64,000 nucleotides of DNA from Holophagaceae bacterium (GCA_025361125.1 JANYBM010000103.1:15394-79393); one strand, 5' to 3'; numbered from the stretch's first letter, positions 1 through 10,371 are shown. Program-made: numbers and translations. The notes: generated from the letters alone by a model not told the origin.

Positions 1-1503
1 CGAAGTTGGTGCTTCAGACAACGTGGCAGCCAGGGCTGGAATCCGGTCCGCCAAGTTATAGGTCTCATTGAAAAGTTTCCGGTTGCGGTGGGAAATGGAA
101 ATCACCATCACGAGCACCACAAGCGCACCCAAGGCCATCACCATCCATAGGGTCATCTGCTGCAGCCGCGGCTTCAAGGGATTGGGCATGTGCGGAGCGA
201 TACCCTTTGGCACAGGCGCGTTTCCCTGAAGACTAAAAGCATGCCAGATCTCGCTGGGCTCGATGTAGGTGCTTAGGCTCCAGTTGATTTCTTCGCCACC
301 GCCTTTGTGCTTTTGGGTTTCCGAGGCGAGGCTGAAAGGTGGACTGATGAACTCAGAGACGTGGGCCATTTCGCCCTGTTCGACCTTCCAGTAAAATTCA
401 CCGTAAACGCCATCCACACGGGCATCAACATCCTGATAGCGGCGGTAGCTCTGGCCTTTCAGGATGACAAAGGATGGATTTGCATGCGGGGCCACATCAC
501 CCGCGCTTACAGAGTCAACCAGACTCCAGTGGCCATCGCTTTCGGTGAGCCAATGAAAGCCGTGTTTCCGGTCTAACAGCAGATATTCGCCCCATGGATA
601 CGTTTCGCCTTCAACCTTACAGGAACGGCGCAAGTAGCCGATGCAAGTATAGGGAATGCCGCGGATGACTCCATCCGTGCCCAGAGGGATGAACATCCGC
701 GCATCCGGCTGCGTCAGCGATTTCAGGAAGGCTAGCTTGCCACCGGAGGCATCCAACAGTGAACCGCAGTAAGGACAGCCCACTCGCTGGGCCTGATCGG
801 GGCTATGCAATTTCAGGGCGCCGCCACAGTGGGGGCATTGCAGATTCTTGGCCTGGAGCCGGGGACCCGCATTAGGATCGCTACTACCCTGGCGGATCGC
901 CATATCATCGAGGCTCACTTCGCGACCCACGTAAAGCGTTGGAACAGCATCACCCGCGCCGTAATCCAGCGTTGCAAAGGCACCATGGGCACCCTGAAGA
1001 TCCGCGAAACGGTAGGTAGCGCCCGGTGCGACTTGCCAGGGAATCTCGCCTTCGGCCGTAGCGAAAGTGGCAAAACTGGCCTCACCCACGACCCAGTGAA
1101 TCGCCCCAAAATTAAGCCCTGCGCCGACTTGTAGCTGCTCGAAGGCTGGAATCCGGCTCGTCGCTTTTTCTTCAAAGGTCAACAGGAACTTACCCTGAGC
1201 TTCCGCCAGCCAGCCCCAACGCCCATCATCCAACGCCATGTACCACTCATCCCAGACGCCCCCGAGTGGATGCGACATCTGCACTCGGCCCGCCAATGCG
1301 AAAGCCCGACCTGCATAACGACCTTCCACGCCCACCTTCAAGGGTGAACCCGTGTCCACCAGAGCGGCCATCTTACCGATGAGTTCGGGATCGCGATCTG
1401 TGCGCGCTGAAAGCGAACCACAGGACGAGCACACAGACACCATGGTTCCGGGTCGGAAGCTCAGGGGTGCGCCACAGGTTGGGCAGGAGGTTGGGTTGGC
1501 CAT
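1..1503 (-). CDS. DUF4178-like protein with N-terminal zinc ribbon; 3' end runs off the left edge of the window
   Basis: Absent from the ORF track because no stop codon lies inside the window. My reverse-strand translation from the ATG (complement of 1501..1503) gives MANPTSCPTCGAPLSFRPGTMVSVCSSCGSLSARTDRDPELIGKMAALVDTGSPLKVGVEGRYAGRAFALAGRVQMSHPLGGVWDEWYMALDDGRWGWLAE... and stays open to position 1. It has a CxxC..CxxC ribbon followed by the G..Y.G....W.EW....WL pattern I associate with DUF4178, then a second ribbon (CPHCGG..CPYCGS), a second similar module, and a hydrophobic helix near the window start. Confidence 0.6.
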   Translation of the reverse strand, partial: MANPTSCPTCGAPLSFRPGTMVSVCSSCGSLSARTDRDPELIGKMAALVDTGSPLKVGVEGRYAGRAFALAGRVQMSHPLGGVWDEWYMALDDGRWGWLAEAQGKFLLTFEEKATSRIPAFEQLQVGAGLNFGAIHWVVGEASFATFATAEGEIPWQVAPGATYRFADLQGAHGAFATLDYGAGDAVPTLYVGREVSLDDMAIRQGSSDPNAGPRLQAKNLQCPHCGGALKLHSPDQAQRVGCPYCGSLLDASGGKLAFLKSLTQPDARMFIPLGTDGVIRGIPYTCIGYLRRSCKVEGETYPWGEYLLLDRKHGFHWLTESDGHWSLVDSVSAGDVAPHANPSFVILKGQSYRRYQDVDARVDGVYGEFYWKVEQGEMAHVSEFISPPFSLASETQKHKGGGEEINWSLSTYIEPSEIWHAFSLQGNAPVPKGIAPHMPNPLKPRLQQMTLWMVMALGALVVLVMVISISHRNRKLFNETYNLADRIPALAATLSEAPTS

Positions 1504-1521
1504 GGGTTTGGAAGTCGAATT

Positions 1522-2688
1522 TCAGTCTACAGGGAGTCTGGACAGGATACGCCATAGGCCTTCATGAAAAATTTCCGGAGCCGTGAGAAGACTCAATACC
1601 AGATATCCCTCCTTGGGCAAATCGAAGAAGGAACCTGGATGCACCAGTGTTGCTGTTTCTTCCAAAAGTCGCAGAGCGCAGGCCAGATCATCAGCGTCAT
1701 TTACTACTGGACGCCGCAAAATCACAGACCAGCCACCTTCCACGGGCAGTCGCGAAAGATGAGGGTGTCCCATCAGCAACCTATCCAAAGCCATTAAATT
1801 TTCAAGTGCCCTATCTACGACCTTTCCCCGGCGAGAGGGTGCTGCCAAAAGCGCAGCCGCTGTCACGGCCTGAGCCGATGCCGAAACGGAAAGATACTGG
1901 TCCGCGAGAAAGGTCAGGGGTTCAAGGTAGACCTTTGCTTTTCCCCACAGCACGATCCAGCCAAGTTTGACCTGGGGCAGAAGGGCAACTTTACTGAGGC
2001 CCGATAGCACGAAGACAGGGCAGGGTGCTTCTCGATCCAGCAAAGCTGTCGCCACGGAATCGGAATTGGGCTCTAGGGCGAAATCCGCAAAAACTTCGTC
2101 CACCAGCAGGGCAAGATCCCGCTTGGCACAAAGCGTGGTCAGGTCGCGCCACTCGCCCTTTGAAAGAAATTGTCCGGAAGGGTTATTGGGGTTTACCACC
2201 ACGATGGCCCTCGTTCTTGGGCCACAGGCGGATTCCAGTGCGGGAATGTCCAGGCACCAGCGCTCATGAAAATAGGCAGAAACATTGATGGCTTCGATAC
2301 CTTCCAGACTGGCCAGGTGCTCGAAGAGCGGATAGCTGGGGCTGGGAACCAGTACCTGGTCTCCGGGATCGCACAACAGCTTGAATAACCACGAATAAGC
2401 CTCACTGGTGGAAGCCGTGAGGAGGATATCTTCTGGAAGAACACCGCAGTCATGATGCGCGGCGATAGCCGCCCGAGCGGCAAGGCTGCCACATGGATCG
2501 GCCTGGTAGTGAAGCACTTCTTCGGAGGCCAGGAACGGTCTCCAGGCAGTGTCGCCAAAATCAATGCCGCATTTCGTAGGATTGGATACCGTGAGATCCA
2601 AGAAATCCCCCCTGCCACGGCGAGCCTCCACCAGCTTCGAAAAAACAGTGGGAAGCAAAGACTCAGGAAGGCGATTGGAAATGCGCAT
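1522..2688 (-). CDS. PLP-dependent aminotransferase, class I/II
   Basis: ORF 1522..2883. Motifs VVVNPNNPSG and LSGLSKVALLPQVKLGW (PLP-lysine region). Start moved to the internal ATG at 2688 (MRISNRLPE...) because the 65 upstream codons would cross the divergent elbB promoter region. Confidence 0.8.
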   Translation of the reverse strand: MRISNRLPESLLPTVFSKLVEARRGRGDFLDLTVSNPTKCGIDFGDTAWRPFLASEEVLHYQADPCGSLAARAAIAAHHDCGVLPEDILLTASTSEAYSWLFKLLCDPGDQVLVPSPSYPLFEHLASLEGIEAINVSAYFHERWCLDIPALESACGPRTRAIVVVNPNNPSGQFLSKGEWRDLTTLCAKRDLALLVDEVFADFALEPNSDSVATALLDREAPCPVFVLSGLSKVALLPQVKLGWIVLWGKAKVYLEPLTFLADQYLSVSASAQAVTAAALLAAPSRRGKVVDRALENLMALDRLLMGHPHLSRLPVEGGWSVILRRPVVNDADDLACALRLLEETATLVHPGSFFDLPKEGYLVLSLLTAPEIFHEGLWRILSRLPVD

Positions 2689-2835
2689 CGAGGCAGGATA
2701 GCCTGGCGCAGGAATCAAATACCAAGATGAAAGTCCATGGTCAAGGCGTCCCGCACTCAGCTTGACTGTGGACTCTCGACTCACAGCCCATTGCCCATAC
2801 GGGAGCATAATGAAGCTCCATTTGCGGAGGCTGCC

Positions 2836-3513
2836 ATGGCCAAAGGTTTGAACGTCGCGGTATTGCTGGCGGGTTGTGGCCATTTGGATGGTGCAGAGAT
2901 CCGTGAATCGGTGCTCACGCTACTGGCCCTGGATCAACACGGTGCAAATGTTCAGTGCGTCGCGCTGGATAAGGATCAGCATCATGTGGTGAATCACCTG
3001 ACAGGCCAAGCTGTGGAAGGCCAGCGACGTAATATTATGGAAGAAGCTGGGCGCATCGCCCGCGGCAATATTTTGCCTTTGTCCGAAGCCGATCCCAAGG
3101 CCTTTGACGCGCTTCTCATGCCTGGCGGTTATGGGGTTGCAAAAAATCACTGTGGTTTCGCCTTCAATGGAGTCGGCGCCGATGTGCAGCCTGAAATATT
3201 TCAATTCGTGAAAGGATTTTTTGATCAGAAAAAACCTATCGGAGCCATTTGCATCGCGCCAGCCTTGATCGCGCTAATTCTTAAAAACACGGGACAAAGT
3301 GCTGCGCTCACCATCGGGAATGATAAGGGCACCGCCGCGGCGCTCAAGGCTCTCGGAGCCAATCCCCAGGACCGTGATACGGTCCGAGAAGTCGTTGTGG
3401 ACGAAGCTTTGAAGCTGGTCACTACTCCGGCCTACATGTTCGATGATGCAAGGCTCTCCGATGTGTTCGTGGGCATCGAACGTGCTGTGGCCGAAGTGCT
3501 CAAACGTGCCTGA
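2836..3513 (+). CDS. elbB: Isoprenoid biosynthesis glyoxalase ElbB (DJ-1/PfpI superfamily)
   Basis: From the internal ATG at 2836, MAKGLNVAVLLAGCGHLDGAEIRESVLTLLALDQHGANVQCVALDKDQHHVVNHLTG... is collinear with E. coli ElbB as I remember it (...SGCGVYDGSEIHEAVLTLLAI...; ...VTTPAYM...). Confidence 0.85.
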   Translation: MAKGLNVAVLLAGCGHLDGAEIRESVLTLLALDQHGANVQCVALDKDQHHVVNHLTGQAVEGQRRNIMEEAGRIARGNILPLSEADPKAFDALLMPGGYGVAKNHCGFAFNGVGADVQPEIFQFVKGFFDQKKPIGAICIAPALIALILKNTGQSAALTIGNDKGTAAALKALGANPQDRDTVREVVVDEALKLVTTPAYMFDDARLSDVFVGIERAVAEVLKRA

Positions 3514-3516
3514 TGC

Positions 3517-5625
3517 TCACGACTCGCGCCCTGGCTCGAGTAGGATTTTCTCAAGTACTATTCGTAGATCTTTGTATTGGTAGGGTTTCTTTAGAAAAAA
3601 TATTGGAGCTTCTTCTGTGAATGGAGGCATCGCTTCATTTTGGTTATAGCCGCTGGATAAAATGACCTTGGCTAGAGGATTCAACTTATAGATGGATTGA
3701 AAGGCGGCTTTGCCATCCATGCGCGGCATGGTCAGATCCAGCAGCACCAGGAGGATGTCCTTTCCTCGCGCTTTGTAACATTCCACGGCTTCAATTCCGT
3801 CCGCGGCCTCGAGTACCTTGAATCCAAGCGACTCGAACATCGCCCCGGCCGTGGCACGAATGGTGGGCTCATCATCCACGACGAGGACCGTGCCAGTAGG
3901 GAGTCTCCGTCGCTCCGGGGCCTTGGGGAAGTGCGGTAATGTCTCAGTCGTCTTATGAGCTGGGAAGTAAATGCGGAAAGTAGTGCCCCTTCCGATTTCC
4001 GAATAGAAATTGACGCCCGCATGGTGACTTCGCAGGATGCCCAGCATCGCCGACAGGCCAAGGCCACGTCCGGAAATTTTGGTGGTGAAGAAGGGGTCAA
4101 AGATTCTCGACATGGTTTCTGGGTTCATACCGTTGCCCGTATCCGAGACTTCGAAGATGACATACGGGCCAGGGTTAACGGCCTGTCTAGGGAGGTGACT
4201 GGCGATGAATGATTCATCCAACAGGACTCCCCGAGCCGCGATGGAGATGCTGCCCTCCGTGTCCCCGATGGCTTCAGAAGCATTGATGACCAGGTTCATC
4301 ACAATCTGCTGGATCTGGGTGGGGTCGCCCTCCAGGGCGGGCAGGGTTTCTGGAATCTCGCTGTGCAGCACCACCTTCTTTGAAATGGAAACCGCGAGCA
4401 GATGCGTCATTTCCTCAACGACCTGGCGCAGATCCACGGCCTGAATCAGGAATTTACCCTTGCCGCTGTAGGTGAGCATCTGGCGGGTGAGATCCGCCGC
4501 GCGCAGCACCGTCCTTTCTATGTTTCCTAGATACGGCAAGATGGGTGAACCCTCGGGCAGGTTCTTCTGAGCCAGATTCAAATTGCCAAGAATGGCTGTG
4601 AGCAGATTGTTGAAATCGTGGGCAACACCCCCAGCCAGGAGTCCCAGGCTCTCCAATTTCTGCGCTTGGAGCAAAGCTGCCTCCGCGCGGGTCTGTTCGG
4701 TCACGTCCCTGGCCACCACGCATAGCAGATCCTGGTCAATCTCCCGCAAGTGGCTGGCGCTCACTTCGACCTCACGAATTCGCCCATCCTTGTGACGATA
4801 GCGACGGTGCCCTACGCTGTAGTGCTGCTCAGACACGACTCGGGCGACGTTCCGGTCCACGGATTCCCGGTCAGCTCCAACCAGATCATACAAAGACAGC
4901 GTTTTTAAATCCTCATCGCTGTAGCCAAGCGTCTGTTGAAAGGCATCATTTGCCTCCAGCACCCGTTTGGTGATCACGTCGAAAAGGAAGATCATTTCCC
5001 CGGCTTGTTCCACCACGGCCCGGTAGCGCGCCTCACTCTTCCGGATTTGGTCTTCGGCGAGTTTGCGTTCGGTGATGTCCTGACAGATGCCCAGCAGTGT
5101 GGAAGACCGCCCTTCCTGATCTTTCTGAAGTTCAGCATGGAGATAGACCCAAACCAGTGAACCGTCTGGCTTGAGGATGCGGTGCTCGAGTTCGTTGCTT
5201 CCAAGGCCAGCACGAATTTCTCGTTCTGCTGCTTGCACCGAATCCCGGTCGTCTGGATGCACCAGCCCAAGATAGGCTTCAAAGGTGGGGAGAAATGTAG
5301 CCGGGTCCTGACCGCAAATATGGAACGTTTCTTCGGACCACTGGATGGAATTATCTTGAAGGTCCAACTCCCAGCTTCCGATATGGGCGATGCGTTGAGC
5401 CTCTCGAAGTTGGGAATCTCGCTGCAGCAATGCCGCTTCAACCCCTAACCTGCGAGTGCTGTCGGTGAAGTTTGGAGGGGGAGGGTCTTGCCCCTCCGGG
5501 GGCGAAGCCTGCGCTGCGTTTTCCTCTGGGCCGAGACCAGAACCTTCCATGGCTACCTTTCTGCTTTTCGAATCTTGTTGGGTTGGTGGATTATAGGGTG
5601 GATTCATCCATGACGGTGCCTGCAT
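3517..5625 (-). CDS. Hybrid sensor histidine kinase/response regulator with PAS domains
   Basis: 702-aa ORF with two PAS-like segments, an H-box (GGVAHDFNNLLTAILGN), HATPase motifs (DTGNGM, GRGLGLS) and a C-terminal receiver domain (VLVVDDEPTIR...LLDLTMPRMDG). The start is uncertain: 5625, 5607 or 5550. Confidence 0.85.
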   Translation of the reverse strand: MQAPSWMNPPYNPPTQQDSKSRKVAMEGSGLGPEENAAQASPPEGQDPPPPNFTDSTRRLGVEAALLQRDSQLREAQRIAHIGSWELDLQDNSIQWSEETFHICGQDPATFLPTFEAYLGLVHPDDRDSVQAAEREIRAGLGSNELEHRILKPDGSLVWVYLHAELQKDQEGRSSTLLGICQDITERKLAEDQIRKSEARYRAVVEQAGEMIFLFDVITKRVLEANDAFQQTLGYSDEDLKTLSLYDLVGADRESVDRNVARVVSEQHYSVGHRRYRHKDGRIREVEVSASHLREIDQDLLCVVARDVTEQTRAEAALLQAQKLESLGLLAGGVAHDFNNLLTAILGNLNLAQKNLPEGSPILPYLGNIERTVLRAADLTRQMLTYSGKGKFLIQAVDLRQVVEEMTHLLAVSISKKVVLHSEIPETLPALEGDPTQIQQIVMNLVINASEAIGDTEGSISIAARGVLLDESFIASHLPRQAVNPGPYVIFEVSDTGNGMNPETMSRIFDPFFTTKISGRGLGLSAMLGILRSHHAGVNFYSEIGRGTTFRIYFPAHKTTETLPHFPKAPERRRLPTGTVLVVDDEPTIRATAGAMFESLGFKVLEAADGIEAVECYKARGKDILLVLLDLTMPRMDGKAAFQSIYKLNPLAKVILSSGYNQNEAMPPFTEEAPIFFLKKPYQYKDLRIVLEKILLEPGRES

Positions 5626-6301
5626 GGGCCCGCGTCATTCGGCGCAAGGCCGGGTGCCGCATATTCGTGGAGGCCAGGAGTCTGGCCGCGGGCTCCAACA
5701 CCTTGATCCAAGGGGCCGCGTGCCCCAGCACCACCTGCGATTCCGGCATGTGCAAGGTTTGATCAAGCACCTGAAGAATCCGTAAGGCGATGGCTTCCTG
5801 CTCCCTCCATAGGGACAACTCGAGGGCTTCAAGTTGGGCTGGATGAAAGGGCGCATGGAAAAGAGCTAAAAGGCCGCTTTCGTGCAGTCGCGGGTTTTGC
5901 AGGAAGGCCTGGAGCACCCCTGGATCCGGGACTTTCCAGATGAGATGCCACAGTTGTTTTGGCGCCAAAAGGGCCAGCGCGCGACGTTCGCCGATGGTGA
6001 GAGCGGGCCAGAGATTTTGAAGTCGTTCCGTGGCGAAGGCCCGGGCTTGGGGATGAGCTGAAGGATCCATTGCCACCGCCGCCAAGGCTCGCCACGGTAA
6101 GCGCGGCAGCAACTGAGCCCGCAAATGGGAAGGGGCTTTAGGATGCTGGGCGACCCAGCGTAAAAGTAGGGGGCGTTTTTGGAGATCCTCCAAATCAGCG
6201 GCGGCCTCTAGCCAGCCTCTCGGCGGTGCGGGGTTGCGAAGCAGCCGCAGGAATTTGGGCCATTCGATGTCGGGGGGAAGGGGCCAGCTCACGGAATCCA
6301 T
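5591..6301 (-). CDS. Hypothetical helical-repeat protein
   Basis: ORF 5591..6463 trimmed to the internal ATG at 6301 (MDSVSWPLPP...), because the upstream part overlaps the divergent gene starting at 6324. Leu/Ala-rich helical sequence with no motif I recognise. Confidence 0.45.
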   Translation of the reverse strand: MDSVSWPLPPDIEWPKFLRLLRNPAPPRGWLEAAADLEDLQKRPLLLRWVAQHPKAPSHLRAQLLPRLPWRALAAVAMDPSAHPQARAFATERLQNLWPALTIGERRALALLAPKQLWHLIWKVPDPGVLQAFLQNPRLHESGLLALFHAPFHPAQLEALELSLWREQEAIALRILQVLDQTLHMPESQVVLGHAAPWIKVLEPAARLLASTNMRHPALRRMTRAHAGTVMDESTL

Positions 6302-6323
6302 TCTGCGCTGGCACACTGTTGTC

Positions 6324-6980
6324 ATGGCGCATGAGTTCAGCATTCTGGGTCGGGGGCGCGCGGGGCGTGCCCTGGCAGCAGCCTGGAGCGACTCGGTAGC
6401 ATTATTACCCAGCGATGCGGCTCCAGCAGGCTTCGTGCTGCTGGCGGTACCTGATGCTGCCATTCCGGCTCAGGCAGCACGTTTCCCCGGGCGCTGTGCC
6501 CATCTTTCGGGCAGTCTTCACCTTGAAGGGGTGCCCTGCACCCATCCTCTAACCAGTTTTGACGGCGAACCTGCCGACTGGCGGGGCACGCCCCTCGCGC
6601 TTACTGGGAACGTCCCTGAATTTCTATTGGCGTCCTTTCAAAAGTTAGGCTTCGAGCCATTTAATTTGGAGCCACAGCACAAAGCTTTGTATCACGCGTC
6701 CGCGGTCATCGCTTCGACACACTCAGCGACGCTTTGGCTCGGGGCGGTAGCCTTGTTACGAAACGCTGGGGTAGAGCTTCCGGGCAGAGGGTTCATGCCC
6801 TTGGTGGAAGCCACGCGGTGCAACATCGAACGCCTGGGTAAAGCAGGCCGAACAGGACCTTTCGTCCGGGGGGACGAGGCCACCATCGAACGGGATGCGG
6901 CCGCATTGCCGGAAGATTGGCGGGAAATATTTTTGAAACTAGGGCATCTTGGATGGAGCCATGAACGCAAACTTGAATGA
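6324..6980 (+). CDS. Rossmann-like / DUF2520 domain protein (predicted NAD(P)-binding oxidoreductase)
   Basis: The internal ATG gives MAHEFSILGRGRAGRALAAAW (a GxGxxG-like N-terminus). The later ...YHASAVIASTHSATL... and ...GRTGPFVRGDEATIERD... match the DUF2520 C-terminal pattern as I remember it. Confidence 0.6.
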   Translation: MAHEFSILGRGRAGRALAAAWSDSVALLPSDAAPAGFVLLAVPDAAIPAQAARFPGRCAHLSGSLHLEGVPCTHPLTSFDGEPADWRGTPLALTGNVPEFLLASFQKLGFEPFNLEPQHKALYHASAVIASTHSATLWLGAVALLRNAGVELPGRGFMPLVEATRCNIERLGKAGRTGPFVRGDEATIERDAAALPEDWREIFLKLGHLGWSHERKLE

Positions 6981-7671
6981 TGGAACCACTGAGATGAAAC
7001 CGGTTTTTAGTCCGGAAGTACTTGGCGTCGCGACCCCCGGCGTGCGCTTTCGCGATGCCCTGGAACGATTGAGCGCTCAGGGCGAGTTGAAGGCCAAGCT
7101 GCTGCTAGTGGCCCTGGATCATTTCGCCAAACGGGGGTTTGACGGCGTGCAGGTACGCGAAGTGGCTGAGGAGGCGGGTGTCTCGAAGCCCACCCTGTAT
7201 TATCACTTCGGCAGCAAAGAAGGGCTCTTTCGCCAGCTTTGCCTGGTGGCCCAGGCGGTTGTTGAACGGCGCGTGTTGAACCTCGTGGAGCCGTTGCTGG
7301 AAACAGTTCCCGTTGGCGCCGCCGCCATCCGGGCTTCCGCATTGAAATTGGCAAAAGGCTATGTGGAACTGCTACGTGAAACACCGGAATTCACGGGTTT
7401 CATCTTCCGATCCATCGCCGTTCCAAGCCCCGACAGTGGATTTCGGGACCTCATGCCCTTGGTGGAACGTGCCCTCAGTCCCTTCGGGCTTTACATTCAC
7501 ACGGTATTTGGTGTGACTTTGGAACAGGCGCGAAAAGAAGTCCTGATATTCACGGCGATTTTTGGCGCCCTCATTGAAGAAGGTCTTCGACGTCCCGAAT
7601 ATGTCATTGACGAAAAGGAACTCTCCTGGGCCGTGGATCGTTGGCTGCGGGGCCTGGAACCTGTTTTGTGA
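6949..7671 (+). CDS. TetR/AcrR family transcriptional regulator
   Basis: HTH signature FDGVQVREVAEEAGVSKPTLYYHFGSKEGLF. Overlaps the preceding gene by about 30 nt and is co-directional with its neighbours. Confidence 0.85.
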   Translation: MDGAMNANLNDGTTEMKPVFSPEVLGVATPGVRFRDALERLSAQGELKAKLLLVALDHFAKRGFDGVQVREVAEEAGVSKPTLYYHFGSKEGLFRQLCLVAQAVVERRVLNLVEPLLETVPVGAAAIRASALKLAKGYVELLRETPEFTGFIFRSIAVPSPDSGFRDLMPLVERALSPFGLYIHTVFGVTLEQARKEVLIFTAIFGALIEEGLRRPEYVIDEKELSWAVDRWLRGLEPVL

Positions 7672-7730
7672 AATTGCAGTTTGAAGTATTGGGAATGGCG
7701 CTGGGCCTGATGATGTCTGGAGAGGTACTG

Positions 7731-9566
7731 ATGGCCAAGCAACCCGCACCGATCATCAAACCCATCCGGGTGCTGGTCCGCCCCCTCAACTTGGCGCAGC
7801 ATGAAATCGAGGTGACGCTTGAATTGCCGGGTGAAGCCCTGACTAAAGGTGCCGTGGTGGCGCTTCCAGCCTGGACTCCAGGCTCCTACCTGGTGCGGGA
7901 TTACGCTCGCTTCGTGGATCGCGTGATGTTGAAGGATTCCGAGGGGAGAGATTACCGCCTTGAGAAAGTGGATAAACAACGCTGGCAATTGCCAGCATTG
8001 AAGCGATCAGCCTTTCTCAGCTACCGCGTTTTCTGCAACGAGCTTTCAGTTCGCACCAATCATGTGGATGCGATCCATGCTCAACTGGTCGGCGCAGCGA
8101 CTTTCCTGTACCTGGAGCAGGATCCTCTCCGACCCATTGAAGTCCGTTTCGAAGGATTCCCGTCAACATGGAAAGTGGCTTCCAGCTTAACCTTCAAAGA
8201 TGGAACCTATCACGCTTCAAACTATGAAGAATTGGTGGACTCCCCCTTTGAACTGGGAACCTTTCGGCTTCATTCCTTTCATGCGTTGAACGCGGATTTT
8301 GAATTTGCGATTACGGGTGAACATAATGGCGATGAAGCCCGAATCCTGGAGGGCACGAAAAAAATCGTTACCCAAGCAGGCACCATTTTTGGTGGTTTTC
8401 CCTTCAGCCGGTACACGTTCCTGCTCACCTTCAGCCCCAAAGCGGGAGGCGGATTGGAACACAAGAATTCCACTTCTCTGCTGAGTGATCCATTTCGTTT
8501 CAACAAGAGCGCGGGTTACGAGGGCATTTTCGGCCTTATCAGCCACGAATTCTTTCACGTGTGGAACGTCAAGCGCTTGCATGACCCCGTGCTTGGACCC
8601 TTCGACTATAGCCGCGAGAATTACACCAAGCTGCTCTGGTTTCACGAAGGCCTTACCGACTACATGGATAACCTGATCGCGATGAAAGCGGGTGTGGTGA
8701 CCTGGTCCACCGTCACTAAGGAGTGGAGTAAGCGCTGGGCAGAGAATGGCGAGCGCCCTGGGCGGATGGAACAGAGCCTTGAGGAGGCCAGTTTCGATAC
8801 CTGGATCCGTTTCTACAAACCAACTGAATTCACGCCTAATAGCACTGTGGATTATTACGAAGTCGGCGCACTGGTGGGCCTGATGATGGACGCTCAAATC
8901 CGCGTCGGATCCAAAGGCTCGAAGGGGATGGAAGATCTTTTCGCCCTGCTTTGGCAAAGGCACGGAGAAAAAGGGCTCACGGACGCGGATATTCGAAAGG
9001 CCTACCAGGAACTTTCCGGGCTTGATCCTGAGCCTTTCTGGAATGCCCATATCCGTCACGGCGGGCCCTTGGATTCAGCTGCCATCGAAGCTGCTTACGG
9101 CCTTAAGTTTGAAGCGAAGGCCCCTTGGGAAGCTCTTCCCACTGAAGACCTGAAAGACGCTTCGCTTGCCCGCTTCGCTAAGAGTTACGTAGGACTGGAA
9201 TTCGGGACCACGCCAGATGTACCTATCATCAAGAACGTCATTCCAGGCTCACCCGCCTTTACAGCGGGTCTCAGCTATGGGCAGGAAATCTTGGCAGTGA
9301 ATGGCTGGCGAACGACGCTGGGAACCGAGGTCCAGCAGCGCATTTCCGATGTTCCAGTGGATGATAAAATCCTATTTACGGTAGTGGAGCGTGGTCGCGT
9401 AACAACCATTTCCGTGACCGTGATCGAAAATCCCAGACGAACCTTCGCCATTCTTCCAAACCCTGCGGCCACAGATGAACAAAAGGTCGTGTTCACAAAG
9501 TGGACCGGCCAACCATTTCCCACCCAGCCTCCATTGCAGTTGAGACCAAAAAGCGGGAACCATTGA
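7731..9566 (+). CDS. M61 family metallopeptidase (glycyl aminopeptidase-like) with C-terminal PDZ domain
   Basis: HExxH zinc motif in SHEFFHVWNVKR, followed by WFHEGLTDY. C-terminal PDZ-like segment IIKNVIPGSPAFTAGLSYGQEILAVNG. Start placed at the internal ATG (MAKQPAPIIKPIRV). Confidence 0.8.
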   Translation: MAKQPAPIIKPIRVLVRPLNLAQHEIEVTLELPGEALTKGAVVALPAWTPGSYLVRDYARFVDRVMLKDSEGRDYRLEKVDKQRWQLPALKRSAFLSYRVFCNELSVRTNHVDAIHAQLVGAATFLYLEQDPLRPIEVRFEGFPSTWKVASSLTFKDGTYHASNYEELVDSPFELGTFRLHSFHALNADFEFAITGEHNGDEARILEGTKKIVTQAGTIFGGFPFSRYTFLLTFSPKAGGGLEHKNSTSLLSDPFRFNKSAGYEGIFGLISHEFFHVWNVKRLHDPVLGPFDYSRENYTKLLWFHEGLTDYMDNLIAMKAGVVTWSTVTKEWSKRWAENGERPGRMEQSLEEASFDTWIRFYKPTEFTPNSTVDYYEVGALVGLMMDAQIRVGSKGSKGMEDLFALLWQRHGEKGLTDADIRKAYQELSGLDPEPFWNAHIRHGGPLDSAAIEAAYGLKFEAKAPWEALPTEDLKDASLARFAKSYVGLEFGTTPDVPIIKNVIPGSPAFTAGLSYGQEILAVNGWRTTLGTEVQQRISDVPVDDKILFTVVERGRVTTISVTVIENPRRTFAILPNPAATDEQKVVFTKWTGQPFPTQPPLQLRPKSGNH

Positions 9567-10267
9567 GCCCAACTCAACCCACTATTCCTGGCGCTATCCC
9601 TCGTATCTTTGCCATCATCGCCGCCCACGATGAAGCCGAGCATATCGGCAGGGTGGTAGCAGGGTTATTGCCTTTTGGGTTGCAGCGAATCCTGGTTGTG
9701 GATGATGCCTCGCAGGATGACACCGCGACCTTGGCGGAAGCGGCAGGGGCCGAGGTTCTTCGCCTTCCGGTCGGAAAAGGTGGTGGCAAGGGACAAGTGC
9801 TGCGCGCTGGCATCGCCCACCTGCGAGGGGGGGATTTCGACTTCTACCTTTTCATAGATGGTGACGGCCAGCATGACCCGAGTGATCTTTCCGGATTTCT
9901 GAACCATCTTGCTGCTCATCCAGAGGCGGATTTCCTGATTGGCAGCCGCTTCCAGGACCGTGGGAAGATCCCGGGAAAACGTTGGAAAACCAATGCACTA
10001 GGTTCCTGGACCTTAGGTCGGATCGCTGGTGTGAAATGGGAGGACAGCCAAAGTGGATTTCGGATGATCCGCAAAAAAGTTTTGGATCGCTTGGAGCTTC
10101 GCAGCAAGGGCTTTGCCATCGAAATGGAGATCGCCATGAAAGCTGCCGATTGGAATTTGCATTGGGCACACATTCCCATTCGCGCGATCTATCACGAAGG
10201 GGGCGGCAGCCATTTCCGGGGAGTGTCGGATACCTGGTGGATTGCCTGGTTTTCGCTCCAATGCTGA
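9500..10267 (+). CDS. Glycosyltransferase family 2
   Basis: IFAIIAAHDEAEHIGRVV...VVDDASQDDT...IDGDGQHDP is a typical GT2 (DPM1-like) N-terminal core. The real start may be the in-frame TTG at 9563, which overlaps the stop of the M61 gene (TTGA). Confidence 0.75.
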   Translation: MDRPTISHPASIAVETKKREPLSPTQPTIPGAIPRIFAIIAAHDEAEHIGRVVAGLLPFGLQRILVVDDASQDDTATLAEAAGAEVLRLPVGKGGGKGQVLRAGIAHLRGGDFDFYLFIDGDGQHDPSDLSGFLNHLAAHPEADFLIGSRFQDRGKIPGKRWKTNALGSWTLGRIAGVKWEDSQSGFRMIRKKVLDRLELRSKGFAIEMEIAMKAADWNLHWAHIPIRAIYHEGGGSHFRGVSDTWWIAWFSLQC

Positions 10268-10342
10268 GTGGGATCTGTCAACACGAAAGAAAACAAAATC
10301 TGCGGAAAACTATAAGGACATCTTGATCTGGAATACCATTTT

Positions 10343-10370
10343 TTAACTGTTATTTAAAGATTGATATATT
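10343..10370 (+). promoter_or_regulatory. Sigma70-like promoter with extended -10 (TTAACT-N16-TGaTATATT) in an AT-rich island between convergent genes
   Basis: Read directly from the sequence: TTAACT 10343..10348, a 16-nt spacer ending in TGa, and TATATT 10365..10370. No annotated gene lies downstream on this strand. Confidence 0.35.
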
Positions 10371-10371
10371 T

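Noticed and set aside
8217-9059. 280-aa minus-strand ORF inside the M61 peptidase gene
   Set aside because: It is antisense to the HEFFHVWN zinc-motif region of a well-supported gene.
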